Counted from the first letter of the stretch, positions 28,529 through 38,738 are shown. The stretch: DNA of 64,000 nucleotides from Patescibacteria group bacterium (GCA_040384765.1 JAZKIQ010000004.1:71424-135423), one strand, 5' to 3'. Made by a program: numbers and translations. Notes: generated from the sequence alone by a model not told the origin.

Positions 28529-28957
28529 ATGCGACGCCTCAACCCGCTTTGGGCAGTGCTTATTATGTTCGCCTCTGCGATGGTGCCTATCGCGCTTTCG
28601 TTTGCGGCAGGGAGCTGGTGTTTTAAGAATGCAACTGACGCGAGTGGGTGCGATGCCTTCGCTTTTATTGCAATTCCGTTTATCGTACTGGGACTCTTTG
28701 GAGGACTGCTCCTTTTTTACCTCACCTTTTTCCTTCGCGTAATCTATCGCAAGCAAAGGGTGCTGGGCCTCTCGACGAGAGCCTATGCGCTCGTCGTGCT
28801 GGCGCGTTTTTGTGCGGTAGCTATTCCCGCCGTAGTACTGCTCGAGCAGTACTCACCAGGAGCGCTTTTTGGAGAAACACTTCTCTCGTATCTGCCAGGA
28901 CTTTTTATCTTCTGGTTTGGTTCACTTTTGTACTTAAACAAGAAGAAGGCACTCTAG
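28529..28957 (+). CDS. Four-TM membrane protein, hypothetical
   Basis: Four hydrophobic segments. Confidence 0.7.
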   Translation: MRRLNPLWAVLIMFASAMVPIALSFAAGSWCFKNATDASGCDAFAFIAIPFIVLGLFGGLLLFYLTFFLRVIYRKQRVLGLSTRAYALVVLARFCAVAIPAVVLLEQYSPGALFGETLLSYLPGLFIFWFGSLLYLNKKKAL

Positions 28958-29011
28958 AGATATTCCGCTCTTTTTGTGATACCCTCGAGCGAGAAGGGGG
29001 TGAGGAGAGAG

Positions 29012-29224
29012 ATGACTGAGCGAGCTGATGCTACTGATCAGTGTCATGTCACTTCGTGCGAGAATCGCGTGCCTGAGAACGATGCCGCGTTCTATTGCGA
29101 CACGTGCCAGGAGGCGGTATGCAAGGAGCATGTTCGCCCTGCACCGACCGCGAAAGGCGACAGGCCTCGCAACAGGTGCACCCAGTGTCAGAAGGCAGGT
29201 ATCCAGGTTATGCGTGTCGCGTAG
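29012..29224 (+). CDS. Small Cys/His-rich zinc-finger protein (B-box/AN1-like spacing)
   Basis: C-x4-C...C-x2-C-x4-C-x2-H...C-x2-C; GAGGAG upstream. Confidence 0.65.
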   Translation: MTERADATDQCHVTSCENRVPENDAAFYCDTCQEAVCKEHVRPAPTAKGDRPRNRCTQCQKAGIQVMRVA

Positions 29225-29302
29225 CTTTGAGCCTGCGATCCATGACTCCGCGCGCCTACCCGGTGCGCGGTTCTCTTTTGTATAAGTGGCATAATCCACT
29301 TT

Positions 29303-29363
29303 TTGCCGTCACTCGTTCGGGTATGAAAAGTGCTCTTTTCATGCCTCTCACTTCGCTAGGCAA
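29303..29363 (-). repeat. Family B copy 2
   Basis: Reverse complement reads TTGCCTAGCGAAGTGAGAGGCATGAAAAG-AGCA-CTTTTCATACCCGAACGAGTGACGGCAA. Confidence 0.88.
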
Positions 29364-29426
29364 TAAAAAATGAAAGCCGTCATCTCCATCTTGCAAGGCA
29401 AGGGGAGCATGACGGCTTCGAAGGTC

Positions 29427-29747
29427 TCAGGCGGCGCTACTGTTCCAGTAGCGGTCCGTCCGAGGGGGAAGGTACTTGAGGTAGACGAGGAGCCTGATGC
29501 GGGCATCTTCACCAGCGGCTTCGCCAAGTTCTTCGGCGAAAGCGTACACGAGCCGGCGCTGTTCAGCGCGGCCGAGCGGCGCCCTGCTCCGGTGTCGCTC
29601 ACTTTCCCGATTCACTTTTTGAGTCGGGAATGCTGGGCGAAGAACACGACGGGGATCGGCGAGTCCCTCTGCGCCGCAGTTTGCACACCGGTCACTTATC
29701 ATGCCGGTAGAGCATGAGCCGCACTCTTGGCATACGGGTTTTGCCAT
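29427..29747 (-). CDS. Small zinc-ribbon protein, hypothetical
   Basis: CQECG...CANCG; AGGAGG upstream of ATG 29747. Confidence 0.6.
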   Translation of the reverse strand: MAKPVCQECGSCSTGMISDRCANCGAEGLADPRRVLRPAFPTQKVNRESERHRSRAPLGRAEQRRLVYAFAEELGEAAGEDARIRLLVYLKYLPPRTDRYWNSSAA

Positions 29748-29838
29748 GACGCACACCTCCTTCAGGAGAAGATTATAGCACTTTTGGAGCAAAAGTCAAT
29801 CTGTTCTGTACTCACTTTTTTGTGACCTTTGGGTGGGG

Positions 29839-29867
29839 TTGACTCGAGGGTACTCTTTCTGTAGTAT
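29839..29867 (+). promoter_or_regulatory. Sigma70-type promoter for tuf-S10
   Basis: TTGACT-17 nt-TAGTAT. Confidence 0.65.
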
Positions 29868-29965
29868 TGTCCTACGCACGTTTCAAGGCGTTTTTTTGTT
29901 TGAATTAACACTAACTGCTTCCTCCTGGCACGCTCGATGCGGTCAGTGAAGCTCATACCCAACAT

Positions 29966-31159
29966 ATGGCAGGAACATTTGATCGCTCCAAGCCACACGT
30001 CAACGTGGGCACCATCGGCCACGTAGACCACGGCAAGACTTCGCTCACGGCTGCAATTCTTCACGTCCTCAACCTTGCAGGAAAGGATGTAAAGCTCCGC
30101 GGCATTGGCGAAATTGACAACGCTCCAGAAGAGCGCGCTCGTGGCATCACGATTGCCCTTTCTCACAACGAGTACTCGACAGACAAGCGTCACTACGCTC
30201 ATATCGACGCTCCAGGTCACGCCGACTATATCAAGAACATGATCACCGGTGCCGCCCAGATGGACGGTGCGATCCTTGTGGTTGCCGCAACTGACGGTGT
30301 TATGCCTCAGACTCGCGAGCATATTCTTCTTGCACACCAGATCGGTGTACCGAAGATCATTATCTTCCTCAACAAGATCGACCTCGTAGATGACAAGGAG
30401 ATCATCGACCTCGTAGAGCAGGAGGTTCGTGAGCTTCTCACCAAGAACCACTACGATGGTGACAACGCTCCGGTTATTCGTGGTTCAGCAGTAAAAGCCC
30501 TTGAAACAAAAGCTTCTACCGAGGAGTGGGCAAAACCAATCTTGGATCTTGCTGACGCCCTCGACAACTATATTCCTCAGCCAGTCCGCGAGCTCGACAA
30601 GCCATTTCTTATGCCAGTTGAAGACGTATTCTCGATCGAAGGTCGCGGTACGGTAGTTACCGGCCGCATCGAGCGCGGTGTCATCAAGGTAGGCGACAAC
30701 ATCGAAATTGTTGGTCTTAAGGATACCCAGAAGACGACCGTTACTGGTATTGAAATGTTCAACAAGTCTCTCGATGAGGGACAGGCTGGCGACAACGCAG
30801 GTATTCTTCTTCGCGGTCTCAAGAAGGAGGATATCGAGCGTGGCCAGGTGCTTTGCAAGGCAGCTTCAGTAACTCCACACACTGAGTTCACCGCAGAGGT
30901 GTACATCTTGAAGAAGGAGGAGGGTGGCCGTCACACGCCGTTCTTCACTGGCTACAAGCCTCAGTTCTATGTTCGCACAACGGACGTAACAGGTGAGGTA
31001 ACCCTTCCTGAGGATGTAAAGATGGTTATGCCAGGCGATACCGTAAAGTTTGTGGTAAAGCTTGTAGCGCCGGTCGCTCTTGAGGAGCAGCAGCGCTTTG
31101 CTATCCGTGAAGGTGGCAAGACAGTAGGTGCAGGTGTCGTAACAAAGATCACGAAGTAA
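29966..31159 (+). CDS. tuf: Elongation factor Tu
   Basis: [41 protein letters not shown]. Confidence 0.99.
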   Translation: MAGTFDRSKPHVNVGTIGHVDHGKTSLTAAILHVLNLAGKDVKLRGIGEIDNAPEERARGITIALSHNEYSTDKRHYAHIDAPGHADYIKNMITGAAQMDGAILVVAATDGVMPQTREHILLAHQIGVPKIIIFLNKIDLVDDKEIIDLVEQEVRELLTKNHYDGDNAPVIRGSAVKALETKASTEEWAKPILDLADALDNYIPQPVRELDKPFLMPVEDVFSIEGRGTVVTGRIERGVIKVGDNIEIVGLKDTQKTTVTGIEMFNKSLDEGQAGDNAGILLRGLKKEDIERGQVLCKAASVTPHTEFTAEVYILKKEEGGRHTPFFTGYKPQFYVRTTDVTGEVTLPEDVKMVMPGDTVKFVVKLVAPVALEEQQRFAIREGGKTVGAGVVTKITK

Positions 31160-31214
31160 ATTCCGCAAAGTAAAGCGTACAAATAGTCCCTCGGGACCGC
31201 GTTACACAACACTC

Positions 31215-31571
31215 ATGGCAACGAAAGCTCCAAAAAAGACGACAAAGGTGAAAGAGGGAAGCGATCTCTCGAAGCTCCGCATTCGTATCAGTGCTTATGA
31301 AAATAAGGTGCTCGACGGATCGGTGCGACAGGTGATCGATACGGCGCTCCGCTATGGTGCGACTATCCAGGGTCCAACCCCGCTTCCGACCGAAATACGC
31401 AAGTACACCGTAAACCGCAGCTCCTTCGTGCACAAAAATGCGCGAGAGCAGTTTGAGATGCGCATCCACAAGCGCCTTGTCGATATTGTGAATCCGTCGC
31501 CAAAGATTGTTGAAGCGCTCACGAATCTCACCCTTCCGTCAGGTATCAATGTCGACGTGAAGATGATGTAG
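31215..31571 (+). CDS. rpsJ: 30S ribosomal protein S10
   Basis: GPTPLPT, REQFEMRIHKRL. Confidence 0.98.
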   Translation: MATKAPKKTTKVKEGSDLSKLRIRISAYENKVLDGSVRQVIDTALRYGATIQGPTPLPTEIRKYTVNRSSFVHKNAREQFEMRIHKRLVDIVNPSPKIVEALTNLTLPSGINVDVKMM

Positions 31572-31585
31572 ATAGACATACTGAA

Positions 31586-32203
31586 ATGAAATTCATTCTG
31601 GGAACAAAACAAGAGATGGTTCAGCTCTTCGATGAGAAGGGTAATGTCCACGCGGGCACTATCGTTTCTGCCGGGCCCGTTGTCGTGACCCAGGTGAAGA
31701 CTGCGGAGAAAGATGGCTATGAAGCGCTACAGCTTGGCTATGGAGTGCAGAAGGAGTCTCGCCTCTCAAAAGCCGAGAAGGGTCATCTCAAAGATCTTCC
31801 CCTTTCTCGCGTGCTTCGCGAAACCCGCCTGGCTGCTCCGGCTGACGCCGCTCTCGCTCGCGGTACTTCGATCGACCTTTCAAGCTTTGCTGAGGGTGAC
31901 CCAATCGAAGTGACGGGCATCTCAAAAGCAAAAGGGTTCCAGGGTACGGTGAAGCGCCATGGTTTCCATGGAGGCCCTCGCACGCACGGCCAGAAGCACT
32001 CTGAGCGTGAGCCAGGTTCTATTGGCGCCGGTGGATACCAGCGCGTATTTAAGGGCCGACGCATGTCTGGCCGCATGGGAGGGGATCAGGTGACCGTAAA
32101 GAACCTTCGCGTTTTGAAGGTTGACGCCGCTACAAATACGATGATTATCTCAGGTGCTGTCCCGGGCCGCCGAGGCACTCTTCTTGCGATCAAAGGTAAA
32201 TAA
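31586..32203 (+). CDS. rplC: 50S ribosomal protein L3
   Basis: DGYEALQ, KGFQGTVKRH, MSGRMG, GAVPG. Confidence 0.98.
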   Translation: MKFILGTKQEMVQLFDEKGNVHAGTIVSAGPVVVTQVKTAEKDGYEALQLGYGVQKESRLSKAEKGHLKDLPLSRVLRETRLAAPADAALARGTSIDLSSFAEGDPIEVTGISKAKGFQGTVKRHGFHGGPRTHGQKHSEREPGSIGAGGYQRVFKGRRMSGRMGGDQVTVKNLRVLKVDAATNTMIISGAVPGRRGTLLAIKGK

Positions 32204-32209
32204 ACCGAT

Positions 32210-32875
32210 ATGAAAGCAACGATCTATACACAAGAAGGGAAGGAAAACGGCTCAATCGAGCTTGCTGATTCGATGTTTGGTCTCGCGTGGAACGGCGACC
32301 TCGTAAAGCAGGTTGTTGACTCGATGCTCTCTTCTCGCCGCAAGCCAGTTGCTCATACGAAGGGTCGCGGAGAGGTGCGCGGAGGAGGCAAGAAGCCATG
32401 GAAGCAGAAGGGTACAGGCCGTGCACGTCATGGATCAATCCGCTCGCCAATCTGGCGAGGTGGAGGAGTCACCCACGGACCAACAAACGAGAAAATCTTC
32501 GAGCGCAAGATCTCAAAGAAGATGAAGGCGAAGGCTCTGCTCACGATCCTCTCCCAGAAGCTCCGCGAAGGGGAGGTGCTCTTTGTGGATTCGCTCGTGC
32601 TTAGTGCTCCAAAGACAAAGGAGGCTACGAAGGTGCTCATGGCACTCTCAAAGGTGAAAGGCTTCGAGAAAATGTCGTACAAGAAAGGCTCACGTGCCCT
32701 TCTTGCGGTGCCTGCACATGATGCGAAGCTCGCTCGCTCATTCCGCAATATTGCTTCTGTCGGTATCGATGAGGCTCGCAATATGAATCCAGTCGATCTG
32801 CTTCGCTACAAATATTTGGTGATCGCTCGTCCAGAAGAGTCGCTCAAAACGGTAGAGGGGAGGCTCGTTAAGTAA
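32210..32875 (+). CDS. rplD: 50S ribosomal protein L4
   Basis: KPWKQKGTGRARHGSIRSP. Confidence 0.98.
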   Translation: MKATIYTQEGKENGSIELADSMFGLAWNGDLVKQVVDSMLSSRRKPVAHTKGRGEVRGGGKKPWKQKGTGRARHGSIRSPIWRGGGVTHGPTNEKIFERKISKKMKAKALLTILSQKLREGEVLFVDSLVLSAPKTKEATKVLMALSKVKGFEKMSYKKGSRALLAVPAHDAKLARSFRNIASVGIDEARNMNPVDLLRYKYLVIARPEESLKTVEGRLVK

Positions 32876-32889
32876 TCGACTGCACCACC

Positions 32890-33213
32890 ATGGCAACCAA
32901 AAAGAACAAAAACGAACTCCCCGAAGCGGCTCCGAAAAAAATCTCGGTGCTTATAAAGCCACGGGTGACTGAGAAGGCAGCCATGAGCGCATCGCGCGAT
33001 CTTCCTGCGTATGTGTTTGAGGTGCTTCCGGGGACCAACAAGAATGCGGTCGTCGCTGCTATTAAAGAGCAGTACAAAGTGAACCCAATCAAAGTTCGCA
33101 TGACCTCTCTTCCCCGCAAACAGGTGTTTGTTCGCGGCAAGTGGGGGATGAAAAGCGGCATCAAGAAGGCCGTTGTATATCTTGCAAAAGGTGATAAGAT
33201 CGATCTCGCCTAA
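32890..33213 (+). CDS. rplW: 50S ribosomal protein L23
   Basis: PRVTEK, YVFEV, KKAVVYL; operon position. Confidence 0.96.
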   Translation: MATKKNKNELPEAAPKKISVLIKPRVTEKAAMSASRDLPAYVFEVLPGTNKNAVVAAIKEQYKVNPIKVRMTSLPRKQVFVRGKWGMKSGIKKAVVYLAKGDKIDLA

Positions 33214-33218
33214 CTTCC

Positions 33219-34064
33219 ATGCTTAAGCACTACCGCCCTACATCAAAATCTCGCCGTCATATGTCCACGATCATGTATCGTGGAGTTATCACGACGAACG
33301 AACCGTACAAGCCGCTCACCTCTGGTGGTAAGCGCGACATGGGCCGCAACAATGCTGGCCGCATCTCGGTCCGCCACAAAGGAGGAGGTTCGAAGAAGCT
33401 CTATCGTCTCATCGACTTTGTATACAATAAGCGCGATGTTCTCGCGACTATTGAGACCGTAGAGTACGATCCATACCGCTCGGGCTTTATCTCTCTTGTC
33501 GTGTATCGCGACGGTGAGCGCCGCTACGTGCTTCTTCCAAAGTCGCTCGGCGTAGGAGACACCTTTGTGGTTTCGGAGAAGGCGGATATCAAGCCGGGCA
33601 ACCGTTTGCCTCTTAAGAATATTCCTGTAGGTACGTTTGTATATAATATCGAATTTCACCCAGGTGGAGGTGGCAAGATCTCGCGATCTGCTGGCAACTA
33701 TGCTGAGGTTCTTTCCAATGACGCTGGCTACACCAATGTGCGCATGCCGTCGGGCGAGGTGCGCAAGGTAAATGGTATGTGCTGGGCATCGGTGGGAGAA
33801 GTCTCAAACGGAGAACATAACCTCGTAAACTTCGGCAAGGCAGGACGCTCACGATGGAAGGGTATTCGCCCAACGGTTCGTGGTACTGCTATGAACCCGG
33901 TAGATCACCCATACGGTGGTGGTGAAGGGCGCCAGGGTCGTGGTACTCGCCGAGCGAAGTCCCTCTGGGGCAAGCCAACAGGCGGGCACAAAACTCGTAC
34001 TCCCAAGAAATACTCAAATATTTTCCGAGTGTCGCGACGCCCTAAGAAGCTTCGCAAGAAGTAA
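33219..34064 (+). CDS. rplB: 50S ribosomal protein L2
   Basis: GRNNAGRISVRHKGGG, EYDPYRS, AMNPVDHPYGGGEG. Confidence 0.99.
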   Translation: MLKHYRPTSKSRRHMSTIMYRGVITTNEPYKPLTSGGKRDMGRNNAGRISVRHKGGGSKKLYRLIDFVYNKRDVLATIETVEYDPYRSGFISLVVYRDGERRYVLLPKSLGVGDTFVVSEKADIKPGNRLPLKNIPVGTFVYNIEFHPGGGGKISRSAGNYAEVLSNDAGYTNVRMPSGEVRKVNGMCWASVGEVSNGEHNLVNFGKAGRSRWKGIRPTVRGTAMNPVDHPYGGGEGRQGRGTRRAKSLWGKPTGGHKTRTPKKYSNIFRVSRRPKKLRKK

Positions 34065-34066
34065 TC

Positions 34067-34094
34067 AAAACGCCGCCCTTCGGGCGGCGTTTTT
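34067..34094 (+). terminator. Intrinsic terminator immediately after rplB
   Basis: aaaacgccgccc-ttcg-ggcggcgttttt type hairpin with T tract. Confidence 0.85.
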
Positions 34095-34135
34095 CGTTAG
34101 AGATTTTCTAAAAAGAAAAGTGGTACACTGGCTCT

Positions 34136-36157
34136 ATGAAAAAAAATGTAGCTAGGTTCTTTCTCTTCGTTTTGCTCATCATTACGTCTTTTGGTACTCC
34201 GTCCCGAGTATCAGCTTTCACGGAGCTGGAAAGGGAAATACTTATCGCGAAGCTCCAGGCACAGATCACGGGGTTGCTTGCACAGCTCCAACAGCTCAAA
34301 GCTACTTCAACGAGCACGAGCTTTTGCCACGATTTTAACCAAAATTTGGGCGTTTCTTCGTATGTGAATGATGTGGTTTTGCTCAAAGCGGCCCTGAACA
34401 AAGAGGGAATTAGCATCGACTCCAAGCCACTGTTTGATGAAGATACGGCAACGGCAGTAATCGCGTTTCAGGCAAAGCATGGTATTCGTCAGACGGGATA
34501 TGTGGGGCCTCTCACGCGTGGCAAGCTCAATCAGCTCTACCGTTGTGCAGTCGCAACACAGCAGTCTTCTTCGAAGCCGGCTCTTTCCACGTCGGCAACC
34601 CCTGTCATCTCCTACGTACAGGGGTCTTCGGGAGATCGAAATATCCTTCGCCTTGGTGAATCGGCAACGATCTTTGGGACCAATCTCCAGAACGCCGTGA
34701 ATATACGTTTTTCTTCGAATGGATCGACGGTAGCCCTCATTCCCGTTACCAATACGAATTTCTCTATTCTTACTTTTACCGTTCCCTCATCACTACCCGG
34801 CGCAACGATACTGACTGTCGAACTTCCTTCGAGTGCCGGTACGTGGACTGCCATCACGATCGCAAACAATAATCAAAATGTGCCAGCCATTACCTTCGTG
34901 GGTGGCAAGGATCGTCTCGATGGTCACATGAGCATAGGATCAGTGACTCAAATAAACGGAAATTTCAACGGCACCATTACGTTAGGATATTTGCGAGGTG
35001 CAGCAGGTACCGTAGACCAAACATATTTTTTTACGCCGCTCACTCGATGTGATGGTACAAATGGAATACATTGTTTGTCGCCCATCGTGCCCGCAAATGT
35101 TCCGGCGGGGCAGTACATGCTCTATCTCGCGAATGCACATGGTACAAGTGCAGGCTTTCCGGTGGTTGTGGATGCGGCTGGAACTTTGCTGTCCTCCAAG
35201 CCGGACATTTCAGTTTCCTCGGTTACTTTCTTTCCGGCCAGTCCAAAGGTGAACGATCTTGTTACGGTGTCGGTGACAGTTACGAATAACAGTTCGGTAG
35301 ACATCACGACCCCATTTTCGATCAACGTACAAGGGACAGCGAAGTCCGTCAGTTTTCTTCAGGCACACACCAGTCAGATAGTGACAGTTAACAACGCTTT
35401 TTCATTTGCGGATCCGGGGGTGAAGACGCTCAATTTTCCGGTGGATATTTCCAATTCGATAGATGAAAGTAATGAGAACAACAACGTGTACGTTGCGATT
35501 CTCTCTTTTGTCACGAATGCGCCTTCTGTTTCCATTACATCACCGCGCGAGAAAACGTACTGGAAAAAGAATACTCTTGCAACATGGACATGGAAAATAA
35601 GTGAATCTCAGATGCCGGTCGATATCTGGCTCATTCGTCCGAACGGTGCAGGAAATCTAGTATTTGCGAAGTCATATCCTAGTAATGATGGAGTCTTCTC
35701 GTGGAATGTAGGACTTACCCCATTCGAGTGGAATATGGCGGATAATATTCCCAACGGTGAATATCGTGTCGCTGTGTGTCCGGCGGGAGCGGCGATAGGG
35801 TCTACGTGTGGAATATTTAGTACGACTATCTATGGGTCTCAAGTAAAAGAGATAACGGTAACTTCGCCAGCGGCGGGAACCCAGCTTAGGCCTGGGGATA
35901 CGGTGAGAGTTGTATTTGCGAGGCCTGTTGTAGGAGAAAAATATTCGGTTACCCTGTATGCAGGAGGTGTATATCCACTCGGTACGCTTATCGGTACGGA
36001 TAGTTCCGAGCAGGCAGCTTTCTTTACTATCCCTTCAAATACGGGTCTGTCGGCCGGGCTTGCTGTTATCGAGGTGAGCCAGCTTACGAGTGATGGGGTT
36101 AATTGCGTCAACTTTTGTACTCGTGCTGATTCTGGAAACCTGACAATTACCCGCTAG
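34136..36157 (+). CDS. Secreted multidomain surface protein (peptidoglycan-binding + Ig-like/CARDB)
   Basis: Signal peptide; LIAKLQAQITGLLAQLQQL; FDEDTATAVIAFQ..GYVGPLTRGKLN; IPT-like repeats; CARDB-type VDISNSIDESNENNN. Confidence 0.85.
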   Translation: MKKNVARFFLFVLLIITSFGTPSRVSAFTELEREILIAKLQAQITGLLAQLQQLKATSTSTSFCHDFNQNLGVSSYVNDVVLLKAALNKEGISIDSKPLFDEDTATAVIAFQAKHGIRQTGYVGPLTRGKLNQLYRCAVATQQSSSKPALSTSATPVISYVQGSSGDRNILRLGESATIFGTNLQNAVNIRFSSNGSTVALIPVTNTNFSILTFTVPSSLPGATILTVELPSSAGTWTAITIANNNQNVPAITFVGGKDRLDGHMSIGSVTQINGNFNGTITLGYLRGAAGTVDQTYFFTPLTRCDGTNGIHCLSPIVPANVPAGQYMLYLANAHGTSAGFPVVVDAAGTLLSSKPDISVSSVTFFPASPKVNDLVTVSVTVTNNSSVDITTPFSINVQGTAKSVSFLQAHTSQIVTVNNAFSFADPGVKTLNFPVDISNSIDESNENNNVYVAILSFVTNAPSVSITSPREKTYWKKNTLATWTWKISESQMPVDIWLIRPNGAGNLVFAKSYPSNDGVFSWNVGLTPFEWNMADNIPNGEYRVAVCPAGAAIGSTCGIFSTTIYGSQVKEITVTSPAAGTQLRPGDTVRVVFARPVVGEKYSVTLYAGGVYPLGTLIGTDSSEQAAFFTIPSNTGLSAGLAVIEVSQLTSDGVNCVNFCTRADSGNLTITR

Positions 36158-36170
36158 CCGTTAGGTGAGA

Positions 36171-36206
36171 AAAACAAAAGCCGCCCCTAGGGGCGGCTTT
36201 TGTTTT
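36171..36206. terminator. Bidirectional intrinsic terminator
   Basis: aaaacaaaagccgccc-ctag-gggcggcttttgtttt. Confidence 0.85.
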
Positions 36207-36210
36207 GCAT

Positions 36211-36366
36211 TTAGCGATAAAGCTTCTCGAGCTTCGCACTATTTGCTTGTGCCGAACGGTGCGCTTTCTCGGAGTAGGAGGTCCTGACCGTAGCAAAGGC
36301 AAGTTTCCGAGAAGTGCCAAGGGCGAGGATAAGGATCGTTGCGATAACTGTAAGTGAAAGAATCAT
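36211..36366 (-). CDS. Possible 51-aa membrane peptide
   Basis: Manual translation MILSLTVIATILILALGTSRKLAFATVRTSYSEKAHRSAQANSAKLEKLYR, ending just before the terminator. Confidence 0.35.
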   Translation of the reverse strand: MILSLTVIATILILALGTSRKLAFATVRTSYSEKAHRSAQANSAKLEKLYR

Positions 36367-36488
36367 TGATGATAGTTCTGCTGATTGAAGCAGGAATGTA
36401 GTGTATTCCTCTGGAAAATCAATGCAAGCACGACAGTATATGAAGAGAGCCGTTTCCCAAGGGAAACGGCTCGTCCGGGCTTGCGCTG

Positions 36489-36701
36489 CTACTGCGTGTG
36501 GCTTGGGGCGCCGGGCACCCCTCCGATACGCAGCATAATTTTTTGGGAGGCTGCCCTCCTGCTTGCGCGTGCCTCCTCGGCCAGTTTCTCCTCGAGGCGG
36601 CTCGGGCCGTGGAGTGCTGCGACTATAACCACAGCAATTAGTCCCAAGATTACGCCGTACTCGATGAGTCCCTGCTTCTCTTCGCTGTACTTTTGGAACA
36701 T
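36489..36701 (-). CDS. Flp/Fap-like pilin
   Basis: EEKQGLIEYGVILGLIAVVIVAAL matches the Flp xxxxEY motif. Confidence 0.65.
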   Translation of the reverse strand: MFQKYSEEKQGLIEYGVILGLIAVVIVAALHGPSRLEEKLAEEARASRRAASQKIMLRIGGVPGAPSHTQ

Positions 36702-36775
36702 TACATCACCCCTTTTAGGTGTTCCGTATCTTTATATAATACCTTATTTTTCCTGATCTGTCTAGATGGCGTCTA

Positions 36776-36934
36776 TTGCCTAGTGAAGTGAGCGTCGCGA
36801 AAATGTACTCACTTTCATGACCGAACGAACGACGGCAAAAAAGGTGAGTACCCCGTCAGCTTTGCTGCGGACCCCAGTGTCAGTACTCTCACGCTGGGGT
36901 CCGAGGGCTTGCCCCGGGGTTAATACCCTTTATT
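36776..36934 (+). repeat. Family B copy 3 with second module
   Basis: B core 36776-36838, then TACCCCG..GCTTTGC..[stem]..GGGCTTGYCCCGGGGTTAATACCCTTTATT shared with the copy at 54113. Confidence 0.88.
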
Positions 36935-37248
36935 TTTGCCGCAAGAATGAAGTCGTTTTCAGAAAGACCACCAATTGCATGGGTCGAGAGCTCGAGTCGA
37001 ACAATGTTGTACGAGATCCAGATGTCAGGGTGGTGGCCTTCCTCTTCCGCAATTTTGGCAACAGCATTCACAAAATGCATTGATTGTTTAAAATCTTCGA
37101 ATTTCCACTCCTTCATGAGCTTCTTTGCTCCATCGATTTTCCAGCTTGGGTCGCTGAGCTCGGAGAGAAGGGGAGCAATCTCGCTTTCCGTGAGTGGTGG
37201 CACGCCACCTTCGCACGGCACGCACTTTTTTTCGGCAAGCATGGTCAT
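36889..37248 (-). CDS. Pterin-4-alpha-carbinolamine dehydratase
   Basis: CVPCEGG, AEEEGHHPDI, THAIGGLSENDFILAAKI. Confidence 0.95.
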   Translation of the reverse strand: MTMLAEKKCVPCEGGVPPLTESEIAPLLSELSDPSWKIDGAKKLMKEWKFEDFKQSMHFVNAVAKIAEEEGHHPDIWISYNIVRLELSTHAIGGLSENDFILAAKIKGINPGASPRTPA

Positions 37249-37301
37249 AACAAAATAGATGAAAAGTGTTAGTATCGCTAGTATATAACCTCATCATCGC
37301 T

Positions 37302-37865
37302 ATGGATATTTTCAAGAAAGGGTGGGTCTGGGTGATTGTCGCAGTTTTGGTGCTTGGTATCTGGGCTGTATCGTCCTACAACAGCTTCGTCTCGCTTTCC
37401 GAGGGCGCGGATACGCAGTGGGCACAGGTGGAGAATCAGTTCCAGCGCCGTTTTGACCTCGTGCCAAACCTCGTAGCTTCCGTAAAGGGTTCGCTTGCTC
37501 AAGAGCAGAAAGTGTTTGGTGACATTGCCGATGCTCGTACTCGGTATGCTGGGGCAGCATCAGTTGACGATAAGGTGGCGGCTGCAAACCAGCTCGAAGG
37601 CTCACTCGCGCGGCTTCTTGTGATTGTTGAAAGCTATCCCCAGCTCGCTTCGCAGGCAAATGTGCGTGCACTCATGGATGAGCTCGCTGGTACCGAAAAC
37701 CGTATTGCTGTGGAGCGCGGCCGTTTCAATGAAAAGGTGCAGGCGTACAATATCGCGGTAAAGCGCTTTCCGGGAGTGGTCACCGCATCACTTTTTGGAT
37801 ATAAGGAGCGAGCGCTGTTTAAGGCAAACGAAAATGCCGACACTGCTCCGGCGGTTTCTCTCTAG
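37302..37865 (+). CDS. lemA: LemA family protein
   Basis: YNSFV, QRRFDLVPNLV, VESYPQL, GTENRIAVER. Confidence 0.95.
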   Translation: MDIFKKGWVWVIVAVLVLGIWAVSSYNSFVSLSEGADTQWAQVENQFQRRFDLVPNLVASVKGSLAQEQKVFGDIADARTRYAGAASVDDKVAAANQLEGSLARLLVIVESYPQLASQANVRALMDELAGTENRIAVERGRFNEKVQAYNIAVKRFPGVVTASLFGYKERALFKANENADTAPAVSL

Positions 37866-38727
37866 ATCGGCTGCTCTTACACTCACGCTCCTTCTCGGGA
37901 GTGCGAGTGTGTATGCGGCAGTAGCTCTTCCTCCAGAGGGGTTTGTAAACGACCGTGCAAATCTTCTCTCGGAAGCCTATCGAGAGGCGCTTGAAACCGA
38001 GCTCAGAGAGTACGAGCAAATCTCAGGGAATGAGATCGCGCTTCTTGCCGTGCCCACTAGTCCCGAAGGCTCGATAGAGGAGTTCGCCGTGGAGGTGTTT
38101 GAAGAGTGGGGGATTGGAAAGAGCGACGCGGACAACGGGCTTTTGCTCGTGATTGCAAAGGAGGATCGAAAGATTCGAATAGAGGTAGGATACGGCCTCG
38201 AGTCGTATATTACCGATGGCCGAGCGGGTAGAATTATTCGAGACGATATGGCGCCCCTCTTCAAGGAAGGAGAGTACGACGAAGGGGTGGCGGCGGCAAT
38301 CTTGAGGATCAAAGAGCATCTCTCGGGTGCGCCTGCTGGAGCAGCTGAAGAGAGTTCAGGAGATGAGTACGCGCCGTTTATTGTTCTCGGGTTCTTCTTT
38401 GTGCAGTTCGTGTTTGGTGGATTGCTTCATGTGATGGCGAAGAGTAAAAGTGTTCTTCTTGGTGGAGGTTTGGGTATTGTCCTTGGTCTCGGGATAGGTT
38501 TTCTTGTAGGTCTTGGGTCGGTAGGGCTTATTTTCGCCCTCGCATTCTTTGGGGGCATCGGCACACTTTTTGACTGGCTTGTCTCGAACTATGCTTCAGA
38601 GCGCGTACGGAAGGGAGAATCGCCCTTTTGGGGTTATGGTGGTGGAGGAAGCAGCTCGGGAGATAGTGGATTTGGGGGCTTTGGAGGGGGTTTTTCGGGG
38701 GGAGGGGGAGCTTCAGGGGGCTGGTAA
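37834..38727 (+). CDS. TPM domain membrane protein
   Basis: [28 protein letters not shown], Gly-rich tail [14 protein letters not shown]. Confidence 0.93.
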   Translation: MPTLLRRFLSRSAALTLTLLLGSASVYAAVALPPEGFVNDRANLLSEAYREALETELREYEQISGNEIALLAVPTSPEGSIEEFAVEVFEEWGIGKSDADNGLLLVIAKEDRKIRIEVGYGLESYITDGRAGRIIRDDMAPLFKEGEYDEGVAAAILRIKEHLSGAPAGAAEESSGDEYAPFIVLGFFFVQFVFGGLLHVMAKSKSVLLGGGLGIVLGLGIGFLVGLGSVGLIFALAFFGGIGTLFDWLVSNYASERVRKGESPFWGYGGGGSSSGDSGFGGFGGGFSGGGGASGGW

Positions 38728-38738
38728 AAGCCCTTGGT

